NCBI GenBank assembly: GCA_963674785.1
Contig: OY771555.1
Location: forward strand, 192,001 to 256,000
Direction of reading: 5' to 3'
DNA length: 64,000 nucleotides
Source: Caldisericia bacterium
Lineage (GTDB): Bacteria; Caldisericota; Caldisericia; JAAYUI01
Part shown: positions 38,835 to 48,523 of the stretch, one piece after another
Layout: each line of letters starts with the position of its first letter
How positions within the stretch are numbered: the first letter of the stretch is position 1
Notes under the pieces: generated by a model
The model's input: the letters and a program-made list of their open reading frames with translations, nothing else
Database searches by the model: none
What the model was told of the DNA's origin: nothing
Position numbers and translations under genes: made by a program

Positions 38835-39698
38835 TTATTTCCAAGCCTTTCCTGCAAACTCGATATTGAGTGTGTTATCTACCGGGCAAACTGCAACACA
38901 CTTTCCACAAATGATACATCTATGAAGTTCGACCTTCCTTGAAGGTGTAAGGTTCATTGGGCAAACCTCATCACACTTTTTACAATCGATACACGATTTC
39001 TCGTTTCTTTTGACCTTTGTAAGAGATGCACAAGAAACAGCACCAATAGCACCACCAAGAGGACAAAGATAGTTGCAAAATGGTCTTTCAAAAAGAAGAG
39101 AGAGAACGAGAAGCGACATCATTATAATCCAAAGTGTGATTGTCCATTCGTGACCAAAATGAAGGAGTGCTCGATATGGGTCAACTTGAGTAAACACAAG
39201 GTAACCCTTTATTGTTGTCATCACAAGCAGGAATCCAAACACTAGGTATCTTCCCCAGGAAAGAATGGATGATAGCTTTTTTGATACTTTTATTTCTTTT
39301 TTAAAAACTAGTTTTCTGAGTTTGTAAATCCACTCTGATACAGAACCAAGAGGACAGAGATAGCTACAGAATCCACTTGAAAAAACAAGGATGATCATAA
39401 TTAAAACTCCAAGAAGGATGATGTCGTTGAAATCAACTCCGGCAACCAGTTTTCCTGAGGTCAAAAATGTAGGAAGTGTTTCAAGTCCACCGAAAGGACA
39501 ATAGCAATCAAGCGAGCCAGCCGAGTTTCCAGGCCATCCAAAACCTAGTCGACCATACATATGCGTCAAACTGACCATTGACATATATGCAAAAAACACG
39601 GCTTGGGTGATTGTTCTTGCAAGTTCGGAAACTCTGAGTTTACCAGCAAGAGTCTTTTTCTTTGATGAATCTTTGTTATATAGTTTTCTTTTTGCCAT
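38835..39698 (-). CDS. Membrane 4Fe-4S binding protein (NapH/MauN/RdxA-like)
   Basis: CPFGG, FCSYLCPLG and FCNYLCPLG motifs; CIDCKKCDEVCP and CIICGKCVAVCP ferredoxin motifs; several TMs. Confidence 0.9.
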   Translation of the reverse strand: MAKRKLYNKDSSKKKTLAGKLRVSELARTITQAVFFAYMSMVSLTHMYGRLGFGWPGNSAGSLDCYCPFGGLETLPTFLTSGKLVAGVDFNDIILLGVLIMIILVFSSGFCSYLCPLGSVSEWIYKLRKLVFKKEIKVSKKLSSILSWGRYLVFGFLLVMTTIKGYLVFTQVDPYRALLHFGHEWTITLWIIMMSLLVLSLLFERPFCNYLCPLGGAIGAVSCASLTKVKRNEKSCIDCKKCDEVCPMNLTPSRKVELHRCIICGKCVAVCPVDNTLNIEFAGKAWK

Positions 39699-39733
39699 GT
39701 AGGCAATTGTAGCATAAAAGTACAAAAGTAAAC

Positions 39734-39751
39734 AAACCCCCAGGGGGTATA
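39734..39751. promoter_or_regulatory. CsoR/RcnR-family-like operator
   Basis: AAACCCCCAGGGGGTATA: a C-tract/G-tract pseudo-palindrome with AT flanks, next to the promoter (TGcTACAAT at 39714-39706). Confidence 0.6.
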
Positions 39752-39780
39752 TTAGATCAGCGGGTTTAAAAGCTGCTGTA

Positions 39781-39814
39781 TAAATAAAAAGCGGGGAAGA
39801 AAACCTTCCCCACC
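39781..39814 (-). terminator. Rho-independent terminator
   Basis: Minus strand GTGGGGAAG-GTTTT-CTTCCCCGC followed by TTTTTATTT. Confidence 0.75.
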
Positions 39815-39826
39815 AGTAAAAACTAC

Positions 39827-42601
39827 TTACATCTCAATCATTTCAAGGATGAAATCAACCACCAAACTGTCAACTTCTCCCCTACCGATCGACATGTTAT
39901 CAATCCACACAGGTGGATTTTCTTCTGTGTAGGTTGTGTTTGCTGGATTTGAAAATTCACCTTCAGCAAAGTTTACTCTTGTAAAATTGCAACTTCCCTC
40001 TCCACCATATTCAGTTGATGTTGCATGATTAATCATTCTCAGTGCATGATCATTTGTTTTTTGGACATGATCCTTTTCATTTTGAATTCTCAGATAATTC
40101 CCGGGATAGTTTTCAATCTCGAGGTATGCTTCTCTGGTATCCCAAAAATCTTCATCTTTTGGTAAAGACTGTCCATGTTTTCCAGAATAATCACACAGGC
40201 TTCCGTCTGGTCCCTCCTTGTCGATAAAGAACTTCACAGGGGGATCATTTGGATATCTGCCGAGTGTACAAGCTGACATAATCAAACCAAACGACATTGA
40301 AAGAACACCAAGATTGTCAGGATCGACAAAAGGTAAATCTGAAACATATGACAATACTTCGTGCATACCATCTTGATGAATAAGTCCTGAGTAATTCTCC
40401 TCACCGCCTGTTTTACCTCTACCCTCAGGATCAAAAACAACTACAATCACTCCGCTTTTTACAATCTCAGAAATCAGTCTTGTGTCCTCCATCTGGGTTC
40501 CAAAACCATTTCCACCAGGAACAACCAAAACAGTCGGGTAGCCTGACTCAGGTTTATCAGACGTTGGCTTGATAATGTGAACACATAAATCAGTCCCCGA
40601 TGATGGATTAGTCACCCACTCCTCAATCACAGATGTTGATTTAGTTTCTCCATCAATAACAGTAAGAGAAATATCATCGAACCAGACGGTACCGGTTCCA
40701 AGCAGTGTGCATCCAATAGCAATTGCATCGGAACCTTCGGTTACCTCAAATATCCCTTCAACATATGTCCAATCGGATGTACCCATGACTGCTGGTTCAG
40801 TTGCTGGATATGGTGGTTTATTCTCTTTTTCTCCACCCAAACAATTCAAATCAATGAATGCTCTTCCTTTAGAACTTTCTGATTTGATATACCCACATAG
40901 TTTTACAAAAGCTGGGGATTCAATATCTGTAACAATCTGTGCCCAAATACTTACACCATCAGACTCGTTTGTTATTTTTGCAGAATTTTTCCCGCTCCTT
41001 GGTGATTCTACTATCTCAAGTTCTTTTCCGTCAGTTTCTCTTCCAACCCTTCTTGGACTCCAACCAATTTCACCATCTTCAAAACCTGGGTTTTTCAATA
41101 CATTTTCTAAGTCATCTGATTCCTGAGGTGCAATTTTTGTAAGATCAAGTTTTATACAATACCACTTTTGAGTAAGTCCAGATTCATCATTTTCTTCCGA
41201 TTCAACCCAAACATCCTCAACAATCCCTGGAATGCTCACATAATGACTCTTTTGGTGCTGAACTCTCCACTCATTTTCGACAAAATATGGAAACTTAACC
41301 ACAGGATGGGTTTCAGTTGCGTTTGCCAATTCAACTTCAAACCCTCGATAGTAGATTGAACTGACTCCGCCATCTGAACCGTTCATGTGAGCATCTGCAG
41401 GTCTGCTACCAACGTTTCCCTGTTTTGGGAGACTACCGATTATGGAAAAATTATCTAACTGCTTTGTCCATTCCTCTTGGTTTTCTTCCCATGTTCCCTC
41501 AAGCAGAAAACTACCACCATAATCTTCAAGCCAAAGACACTCTGCACCAAAATCCCACTTCATATGGATTGGAGCATTCTCATCTTGTGGAATGATTGCA
41601 ACTTTTGAGTCTTCTCTGCTTGGGAACCCAGCATCAAGATTACCTTTTTTCCACTCTGTTCTACCTTTTGATGTCTCCATGTTTGCCCAATAACCATCAG
41701 AATCTGCGTTTTCCTGTACCCAAAACTGGGTCACGGGGTGTGCTTTAAGTGGGGTCGACCTTGCTGGAACATCGAGGTATCTGAGGAGTGCAGTTGTCAA
41801 TCTTTCAAATTCAATGCAGATTGCCCTACCGTTTTCAATGACCTCTTCTGGTGTATAACACCAATCATCAAAATCAATTCCGAAACCACCGTAGGTTGTT
41901 TGGTAATTTCCACATGTGAGATCATCACGGTAAATAGAAACAAGGTCATATTCAATGTTTGATACTACCCAATCATAAACGGCTCTCGCTCTTTTCATGA
42001 GGTTATCTTGATCATCTGTTGGAATACCATCCAAAATTTCATCACCAATTTCTTTGACGGTGTCAGTGATTTCATATCCTTCACCCTCAACAAGATATGG
42101 CAAAACATCGCTTGGAAAGCTCTCAGAATCCAAAATCGCATACTCAGGAAGCTCTTCTGGTGGTGAAGACACCTTCTCACTGATGATATATCCACCAACA
42201 ATTCTTAACGTCTCCTCTTTATAGTATTTCTCAGGTGATTTTTCAGTCAAAACAAAGGTTAGACTATCGGAATCGACTCCAATCCTTCCTTGTGTTGATT
42301 TGTAGAATCCATCTGCCTCTGCTGAGACCATATACCTTGGAGAAGAAACTGGAATATCAGATAAAACAAACTCACCATCTTCATTAGTCTCAATCTCTCT
42401 TGTAATGACAGGTATCCTTGTCTGATTTCCGTTTTCAAGCCAAACAGAAGCAAATGGGATAGGATTCATATCTTCATCAACAACAACACCAGAAATATCA
42501 AAAGTCTCGGCATCAACTCCGATCGCAAACGTAGAGGTTCCAGGAACAACAACTATAACAAACAATGCCAATACAACAAAAAATGTAACAACTCTTTTCA
42601 T
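39827..42601 (-). CDS. Secreted multidomain protein: carboxypeptidase-regulatory-like + transglutaminase-like + CBM4/9-like + alpha/beta hydrolase
   Basis: ISGVVVDEDMNPIPFASV; RAICIEFERLTTALLRYLDVPAR...HPVTQFW; NVLKNPGFEDG...GTVWFDDISL; FDPEGRGKTGG...GVLSMSFG. Confidence 0.8.
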   Translation of the reverse strand: MKRVVTFFVVLALFVIVVVPGTSTFAIGVDAETFDISGVVVDEDMNPIPFASVWLENGNQTRIPVITREIETNEDGEFVLSDIPVSSPRYMVSAEADGFYKSTQGRIGVDSDSLTFVLTEKSPEKYYKEETLRIVGGYIISEKVSSPPEELPEYAILDSESFPSDVLPYLVEGEGYEITDTVKEIGDEILDGIPTDDQDNLMKRARAVYDWVVSNIEYDLVSIYRDDLTCGNYQTTYGGFGIDFDDWCYTPEEVIENGRAICIEFERLTTALLRYLDVPARSTPLKAHPVTQFWVQENADSDGYWANMETSKGRTEWKKGNLDAGFPSREDSKVAIIPQDENAPIHMKWDFGAECLWLEDYGGSFLLEGTWEENQEEWTKQLDNFSIIGSLPKQGNVGSRPADAHMNGSDGGVSSIYYRGFEVELANATETHPVVKFPYFVENEWRVQHQKSHYVSIPGIVEDVWVESEENDESGLTQKWYCIKLDLTKIAPQESDDLENVLKNPGFEDGEIGWSPRRVGRETDGKELEIVESPRSGKNSAKITNESDGVSIWAQIVTDIESPAFVKLCGYIKSESSKGRAFIDLNCLGGEKENKPPYPATEPAVMGTSDWTYVEGIFEVTEGSDAIAIGCTLLGTGTVWFDDISLTVIDGETKSTSVIEEWVTNPSSGTDLCVHIIKPTSDKPESGYPTVLVVPGGNGFGTQMEDTRLISEIVKSGVIVVVFDPEGRGKTGGEENYSGLIHQDGMHEVLSYVSDLPFVDPDNLGVLSMSFGLIMSACTLGRYPNDPPVKFFIDKEGPDGSLCDYSGKHGQSLPKDEDFWDTREAYLEIENYPGNYLRIQNEKDHVQKTNDHALRMINHATSTEYGGEGSCNFTRVNFAEGEFSNPANTTYTEENPPVWIDNMSIGRGEVDSLVVDFILEMIEM

Positions 42602-42788
42602 CTTCGAAACTCCTTCTCTTTTATTATTAAATACGAGTAAAAAGAGTGAAAAGTCTGCGATGCAAAAAAGCGTCAAAAAAGCGACATTCTTTTTAAAAAC
42701 AAAGCAATTCCATATCTCATCTGAGTCGAATTTAACTTGATCGATGTAGTACGTGTAACAATTGACGAATCAGGATTTCAGAAATTGC

Positions 42789-44339
42789 TCAATAGTCAGC
42801 ACTCTTAGAATCAAGATAATCATAATCAGGGAATGATATTCGAACAATTCCTTCTCTGCTTGTTGGCACTTCATCTTTTGGTGTCCATGATACCTTTGAA
42901 TCAAAGGCTTCAGAAACAAACCTGAGCGGAACAAAAAGTCTGTCTTCAATATTTTTTATGGTCACATTTGGATTTTCTGGGTCAATCAGGAAGGGCTTTC
43001 CATTAATCTTCGCAGTTGGGTTATCCTGCCAGAGCTCAATCACACGACTTTCAAAAACAAGTCTACTACCAAAATCAATCTTAGGCAGTGTTAGAGTTGC
43101 TTTTTTGGTGGTCTCATCCCACTGCACATCTCCTGCAAAAATTGGTAACACATCATCTTCCTCCTGAGTGTAAATATTTTCCATCAACCATCTTACAGGT
43201 ACCATTGTCCTATCATCAACAATTTGAGCTCTTGGGTCAATTGGTACTTTTTTGTTATTTATCTGTGTAAAAAACTTCATTATAGGTATCACGGCTTCTC
43301 TGATTTTTATTGATTTTTTGGAGAGAACATCTTCAATCATTCCAATCAGTTCAAGCGAATTTTCAGCATCTATGGAACTGAATTTATAGATGGACTGATT
43401 ACCTGAATCAGTAACCCAAATATCGCCTCTATTATCAACTGAAATCCCATTGATTCGTTCAAAAAGTGACTCATCGTCGTCACGAATGGGTTTGATTTCA
43501 TTGATGTATTTTCCATATTCATCTGTTATTACCACACGCTTATTTCCCTGGTCAACGATGTAGTATCTATTTGGTGAATCTTCATTCCAATCTGGAACCA
43601 AATCAACAGGATGATTCAACTAAAAGTCATCATCCGCTCCTCCAAATTCAATAACAAATTCACCATTTCTTCTGAACTTTTGGATTCTGTTGTTTCCGGT
43701 GTCTGCGACTAAAACATAACCTCTTCTATCGACCATCAACCCTTCTGGATTATTGAATTCACCTTCACCATCACCTACTGGTGCGGGGTTATTTTCATAC
43801 CCACTTGGCACAGAAAATCTAAGAATACAACAAAAATTGCATTCATTAGCATTTTTATCAAAATCAATTGATGGTGGATCATAACGCAATAGCTTGTTAC
43901 CAGCCCGGTCAACCGCATAGTTGCCTATATCATCATATATCTCGCATGCAGAAATATCCCAAGGTTCAAGTACTTCATTCCTGTATGATTCATATTGATT
44001 CCAGTATGACTCGCCCCTAAAGTCAACATGAAAAGCATGTTTTTTTTCAGTGTCTGTAACTATAACACAATTCAAAAGTCTATCGGTTGCAATACCAACT
44101 GGATTTCCAAGCTTCCAATCAGGACACTCATCACACTTATCAAAAAACACTCCGAGATAGTTCATATCATAATCATACATGATGACCCTGTCATTAATTG
44201 GGTCAGTCGCATAAAGATAAAAATCATTACCAAAAGCAGTTCCAATTTCTAGCTGGGTCTCATCACTCAAGATAATAGAGCTACCAAACACAAAAAAAGT
44301 TAATAACACTAAACTTAATATAAAAGATATTTTCCTCAT
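42789..44339 (-). pseudogene. Secreted NHL-repeat + stalk domain protein interrupted by one in-frame TAG (43620-43622)
   Basis: Two abutting in-frame ORFs; the stop falls inside an NHL repeat (FGGADDDF*LNHPVDL); signal peptide only in the 5' part, stalk domain only in the 3' part. Confidence 0.75.
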
Positions 44340-44514
44340 TTCTTCACCCCTTTCTTTCCCGTTATTAGTTTTTATTGTCCGAAAGCTGAATCTCAAAATA
44401 AGGTCATATTGCTTATAAATAGGTTAAAAGTTTAAGGATAATGTGTTACAAATACGACTGATTTTTGAGTTAAATCAAGCAATTTTCCTTTCTCATAAAC
44501 CAATTCAATACCCT

Positions 44515-44543
44515 TGACAACTATGATTTGAAAACCTATATTC
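44515..44543 (+). promoter_or_regulatory. Sigma70 promoter
   Basis: TTGACA-17-TATATT upstream of ATG 44554. Confidence 0.55.
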
Positions 44544-44553
44544 AATTTTTGTC

Positions 44554-45105
44554 ATGGCAAAATCTCTGAGCGGCTCAATAGAAGAATTTAACCTGATCGA
44601 TGTAGTATCTGTAATAATCAACGGATGCATGATGGGTATATTGCTTGTGGAAACTGATGATCAGGTAGCAGGAAAAATGGCTTTCTGGGACGGAAAGCTT
44701 GTCCATGCTGCATACGGAAACATAGCAGGAGATGAGGCCGTATCACATATATTAAGTTGGAAACATGGAAAGTTCACATTCAGCAGCACAAGGTGGAGTG
44801 GTGTCCCAACTGTCAAACAAAACTTCAATCAAATCTTGCTTGACCACTCTGTGATGATGGACGAAGCAACAGCACAGCTTGGTCAATCAATCACCGGAAC
44901 AACAAAAATCAAAGTAAAAATCTCACCACAAGACCTAAGTAGCTTTGAACTTTCTGCTGATGAATGGATGGTTATTTCACAAACCGAAGGTGAATCATCT
45001 GTTGCTCAGGTGATTGGAAATCTTGGGTTTTCAAGAGAAAAAATGAGAGAGATTTTGGGCAGACTGCTCAGACTTGGACTCATTGAAATAGTCGCAAACG
45101 TCTAG
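44554..45105 (+). CDS. DUF4388 (PATAN-like) domain protein with C-terminal winged helix
   Basis: LSGSIEEFNLIDVV...G.L....G...FWDGKLVHA..G...G.EAV..IL.W..GKFTF. Confidence 0.85.
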   Translation: MAKSLSGSIEEFNLIDVVSVIINGCMMGILLVETDDQVAGKMAFWDGKLVHAAYGNIAGDEAVSHILSWKHGKFTFSSTRWSGVPTVKQNFNQILLDHSVMMDEATAQLGQSITGTTKIKVKISPQDLSSFELSADEWMVISQTEGESSVAQVIGNLGFSREKMREILGRLLRLGLIEIVANV

Positions 45106-45133
45106 TTCGTCTACCCAATCAAACCAATAAAAA

Positions 45134-45466
45134 TTATTCTATCGAGACAAAAACTACTTCCCCATCATCTCCTGTGACTTCAATTACTTCTCCCCTGAAG
45201 TCTTCATCTTCAAGTGCCTCTTCAACTTTTGAGAAGTCAACCTGGTTTCTGATTTCCTCTTTGACTTCTTCACCCACCCAGTTTATTGCCCTTTTTATCA
45301 TTCCTGTGGGGACAACGATATTGACGTTCTTGCCGTCCTTGCTTCGAACCTTCACTCTGATTTTTCTGGGGCTTCTTCTCAAAATTGTTTTGATCAATTG
45401 CTTTGCTTCTACCTTTGAGATTTTTCCCTCAGCAAGATCTTCCAAAACCTGTTTAATATCATTCAT
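45134..45466 (-). CDS. DUF2089-like / SHOCT-like hypothetical protein
   Basis: VLEDLAEGKISKVEAKQLI followed by KIRVKV...VNIVVP...GEVIEV; overlaps the upstream stop. Confidence 0.65.
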   Translation of the reverse strand: MNDIKQVLEDLAEGKISKVEAKQLIKTILRRSPRKIRVKVRSKDGKNVNIVVPTGMIKRAINWVGEEVKEEIRNQVDFSKVEEALEDEDFRGEVIEVTGDDGEVVFVSIE

Positions 45467-45980
45467 TCCAGTCGAAGTTATTCCAGTCAAAGCAGATCCC
45501 TCCTTCATTTCTATTACGCATACTTTTTACAATAATTGCAATACCTGCTGCGATCAAACATGCTGGCCAGAACCATGCCCACCATGTATTCATGGCGATT
45601 AATCCTGTATTTACAATCATCCTTGTGGCTCCGAGTGCCAACAGGATTACCCCAAGAAACGAGAATTTTCCCTTTCTCCCAGCCTTAACAAGCTGCCCTA
45701 TTCCAATCACACCAATAATCACTGGCCACACAAGATTCCACCAACTTCCAGCTGCTGGAAACCATCCGAAAACTGCACTTCCCAAGATCACAAATCCTTG
45801 CAGGACAAGATATATTCCAAAGAACTGCGAGGATTTACCATTAGTATGAATTCCTCCGTGCACCTTTCCATGTCCACAGCAATGGCTGTGATTTCGATCT
45901 TCTTTTATTCTTCTTGCTCCATCCTCCGGAGACGTTTTCCCAGATTCAACATCATCTAAAATATCGTCAATTTTATCCAT
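45459..45980 (-). CDS. LiaF/LiaI-like membrane protein
   Basis: N-terminal ILDDVESGKTSPEDG; WP-containing TM repeats (LVWPVIIGVIG; WFWPACLIAAG). Confidence 0.65.
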   Translation of the reverse strand: MDKIDDILDDVESGKTSPEDGARRIKEDRNHSHCCGHGKVHGGIHTNGKSSQFFGIYLVLQGFVILGSAVFGWFPAAGSWWNLVWPVIIGVIGIGQLVKAGRKGKFSFLGVILLALGATRMIVNTGLIAMNTWWAWFWPACLIAAGIAIIVKSMRNRNEGGICFDWNNFDWNE

Positions 45981-46066
45981 TTCCTTCCTTCTCCTTTATC
46001 AATTACCATATATGACACAAGACCCAATGTTTTGATTTTTCGATAAAATTAAATCCGTAACTATTC

Positions 46067-46567
46067 ATGAAAGACGAAATCATAAGAACAATGGAAACAA
46101 TGTTTGGAATTGGATACGATATACACAAACTTGAACCAAATAGACCCCTGATTCTCGGGGGTGTTCATGTTCCTTTTGAAAAAGGATTGGATGGAGATTC
46201 AGATGCAGACGTTGTTTGCCACAGCATAATTGATGCTCTTCTTGGTGCCTCTGGAATGGGAGATATTGGATCATTTTTTGGCATTGGAACTCCTGAGATC
46301 ATGGATGCAAGGAGCCTTAATATGCTCTCAGAACTCAAAAAACATCTTGATGAAAACGATATCGCTATCGTAAACATTGACACAACAATAATCGCCCAAA
46401 CTCCAAAGCTTGGTGATTTCAGAACCGAAATGATTTCCAATATTTCAAAAACACTAGACATCAAACACGTTTCAGTGAAATTCACAACCCCAAAACATAT
46501 TGGGTCGCTGGGAAGATCAGAGGCAATTGCTTGTCTTGCAATCGCAAGCATAAAAAATAACATTTAG
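46067..46567 (+). CDS. ispF: 2-C-methyl-D-erythritol 2,4-cyclodiphosphate synthase
   Basis: GIGYDIH, LILGGV, SDADVVCHSIIDALLGA and GDIG motifs. Confidence 0.95.
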   Translation: MKDEIIRTMETMFGIGYDIHKLEPNRPLILGGVHVPFEKGLDGDSDADVVCHSIIDALLGASGMGDIGSFFGIGTPEIMDARSLNMLSELKKHLDENDIAIVNIDTTIIAQTPKLGDFRTEMISNISKTLDIKHVSVKFTTPKHIGSLGRSEAIACLAIASIKNNI

Positions 46568-46606
46568 ATTGTTAAAGAAATTGGCACTCAAAAAAGTGAG
46601 GATAAA

Positions 46607-47041
46607 ATGGATAAAAAGGTAAACATCGAAGAAAAAGTCAGAAATCTAGTATTACTCGCAAAAGAGCTCGGTCTCTCAAAGCTTTCTGTTGAAGATGAAG
46701 AGGCTGAAATCTATTTCGAGCTTGCTGGTGCAACAAAAATAGCCACTCAAGGTTCAACAAAAGAGACAAAGGTTATGGAAAGACCAAGTGAGGAAAAAGA
46801 TATTTCAGGAAAGTATGTCTATGCACCTTTCGATGGAATTTTCTACAGCTCCCCTTCACCCGAGTCACCATCTTTCGCTGTTGTAGGACAGAAGGTTGAT
46901 GCTGGTGAGACCCTCTGTATTATTGAGGCCATGAAGGTTATGAACGAAATTCAGGCAGAAAGCGGCGGAGTTGTAAAAGAGATACTCAAAGAAAATGGAG
47001 ACCAGGTTCTTAAAGGTGATCCATTATTCTTAATCGCTTAG
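46607..47041 (+). CDS. accB: Biotin carboxyl carrier protein
   Basis: G.FYSSPSP and [12 protein letters not shown] biotinylation motif. Confidence 0.9.
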   Translation: MDKKVNIEEKVRNLVLLAKELGLSKLSVEDEEAEIYFELAGATKIATQGSTKETKVMERPSEEKDISGKYVYAPFDGIFYSSPSPESPSFAVVGQKVDAGETLCIIEAMKVMNEIQAESGGVVKEILKENGDQVLKGDPLFLIA

Positions 47042-47208
47042 CTTTCTGCCAAAATCCAAAAGCTGGTTATCAAATAAATCCTTTGTAAATTCGGTCGATG
47101 TTATTTGATTTCTATGTTTTTGTTTTTTACTTCGTGTTACCTCGTGTTTAGTCGAACTTTTCTGCTATCAGGAATATATTGCAAAAAAGAAAGGTTGGTA
47201 AAAACAAC

Positions 47209-48294
47209 ATGATAGACAAAAATGCTGTGATGAAGGCTCTTGCAAAGGTTGATGATCCTGAACTTGGTGTTGATCTTGTAACTTTGGGAATGATACAGGA
47301 CGTAAAAATTGATGGGGGCAGTGTTCATATTAATGTGCTCCTAACAATTCCCGGTTGCCCATTGAAAAACACCATTGGCAAAAGCATAGTTGCCGAGGTA
47401 TCAAAGGTTCCTGAGGTTCAAACGGTAACCTTTGATTTTGGAAGCATGACAGATGAACAAAAACAAAAAACCTTTGCGATCGCGCAAGCAAAAAGAAATG
47501 CCGACAAAGGACAGCAAGCTCCTCAGGAAGACCCACTTCAAAAGCTTTCCGGGAAGAATATAAAAAATATAATCGCAGTTGGTTCAGGTAAGGGCGGAGT
47601 TGGAAAATCGATGACAACAGCGATGATTGCTGTTGAAGCAAGAAGACAGGGATACAAAGTTGGTATCCTCGATGCAGATATTACTGGCCCATCAATCCCA
47701 ACTCTCTTTGGACAAAAGGGACTCCTTACAACAGCCAAAAAGGGTGTTTCACCAAGAGCAACAAAAACTGGAATTGAAATCGTTTCCATGAATCTTCTGA
47801 TGCAGGATCCAACACTGCCAGTTATATGGAGAGGGCCAATCTTATCGGGAGTACTAAAACAGTTCTATAACGATGTTTCATGGGGAGAGCTCGATTATCT
47901 ATTCCTCGACCTTCCACCTGGAACTGGTGATATGCCACTTACTGTTTTTCAAGTATTCCCGTTAAATGGTCTAGTTGTTGTAACCAATCCACAGGAACTT
48001 GCGAACATGGTTGTCACAAAATCGATAAGAATGGCAAGCGAAATGAAGATTCCGCTTATCGGAATAATTGAGAACATGACCCATCTTAAGTGCCCTGGAT
48101 GTGGTGAAATAATCGAAGTATTCGGGAAATCCAGAGTTTCTGAGAATTGTAAAAACCAAAGCGTCCCTTATCTCGGTGGAATCCCTATAAATCCTGATTT
48201 TGCTAGACTCTCAGATCAAGGAAATATTGAAGATGTTGAGATGCCTGTCGCAATTTCAGAAACTTTTGCTATAATTGACGGCAAGAAAAAGTAG
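47209..48294 (+). CDS. Mrp/NBP35 (ApbC) Fe-S cluster carrier ATPase
   Basis: N-terminal DUF59 (DPELGVDLVTLG...PGCP); SGKGGVGKS, DADITGPSIP, WRGP, DLPPGTGD and ENM..LKCPGC motifs. Confidence 0.93.
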   Translation: MIDKNAVMKALAKVDDPELGVDLVTLGMIQDVKIDGGSVHINVLLTIPGCPLKNTIGKSIVAEVSKVPEVQTVTFDFGSMTDEQKQKTFAIAQAKRNADKGQQAPQEDPLQKLSGKNIKNIIAVGSGKGGVGKSMTTAMIAVEARRQGYKVGILDADITGPSIPTLFGQKGLLTTAKKGVSPRATKTGIEIVSMNLLMQDPTLPVIWRGPILSGVLKQFYNDVSWGELDYLFLDLPPGTGDMPLTVFQVFPLNGLVVVTNPQELANMVVTKSIRMASEMKIPLIGIIENMTHLKCPGCGEIIEVFGKSRVSENCKNQSVPYLGGIPINPDFARLSDQGNIEDVEMPVAISETFAIIDGKKK

Positions 48295-48301
48295 GAGCTT
48301 G

Positions 48302-48523
48302 ATGATGAGTGACGAAAAAATTACAGGGGAAATGACCCTTGGTGATGTTATCAAGAAATGGCCTGAAACAGCCGAAGTATTCTTTCAGTTTGGGCTTCAC
48401 TGCATTGGATGTCACATAAGCGCATTCGAATCAGTAAAAGATGGCGCAGCAGCACACGGCGTAAATCCTGATGAACTCGTGAAAGCCTTGAATGAAAAGG
48501 TTTTTGGGAAGGGAACAGACTGA
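48302..48523 (+). CDS. DUF1858 domain protein
   Basis: ITGEMTLGDVIKKWPE...GLHCIGCH...ESVKDGAAAHG; SD AGGAG. Confidence 0.88.
   Translation: MMSDEKITGEMTLGDVIKKWPETAEVFFQFGLHCIGCHISAFESVKDGAAAHGVNPDELVKALNEKVFGKGTD

Noticed and set aside
38654-38869. Plus-strand 71-aa ORF
   Set aside because: It starts inside the hairpin and lies antisense to a better, operon-coupled TM peptide (38689-38832).
42658-42686. Direct repeat CAAAAAAGCG x2 upstream of the 42601 gene
   Set aside because: Only two short copies; a possible regulator site but not distinguishable from chance.
43620-43622. Genome-wide TAG reassignment or pyrrolysine
   Set aside because: TAG is the normal stop of many intact genes here (ends at 1634, 4762, 16519, 22171, 28949, 52965), and no pyl genes or CUA tRNA are present in the window.
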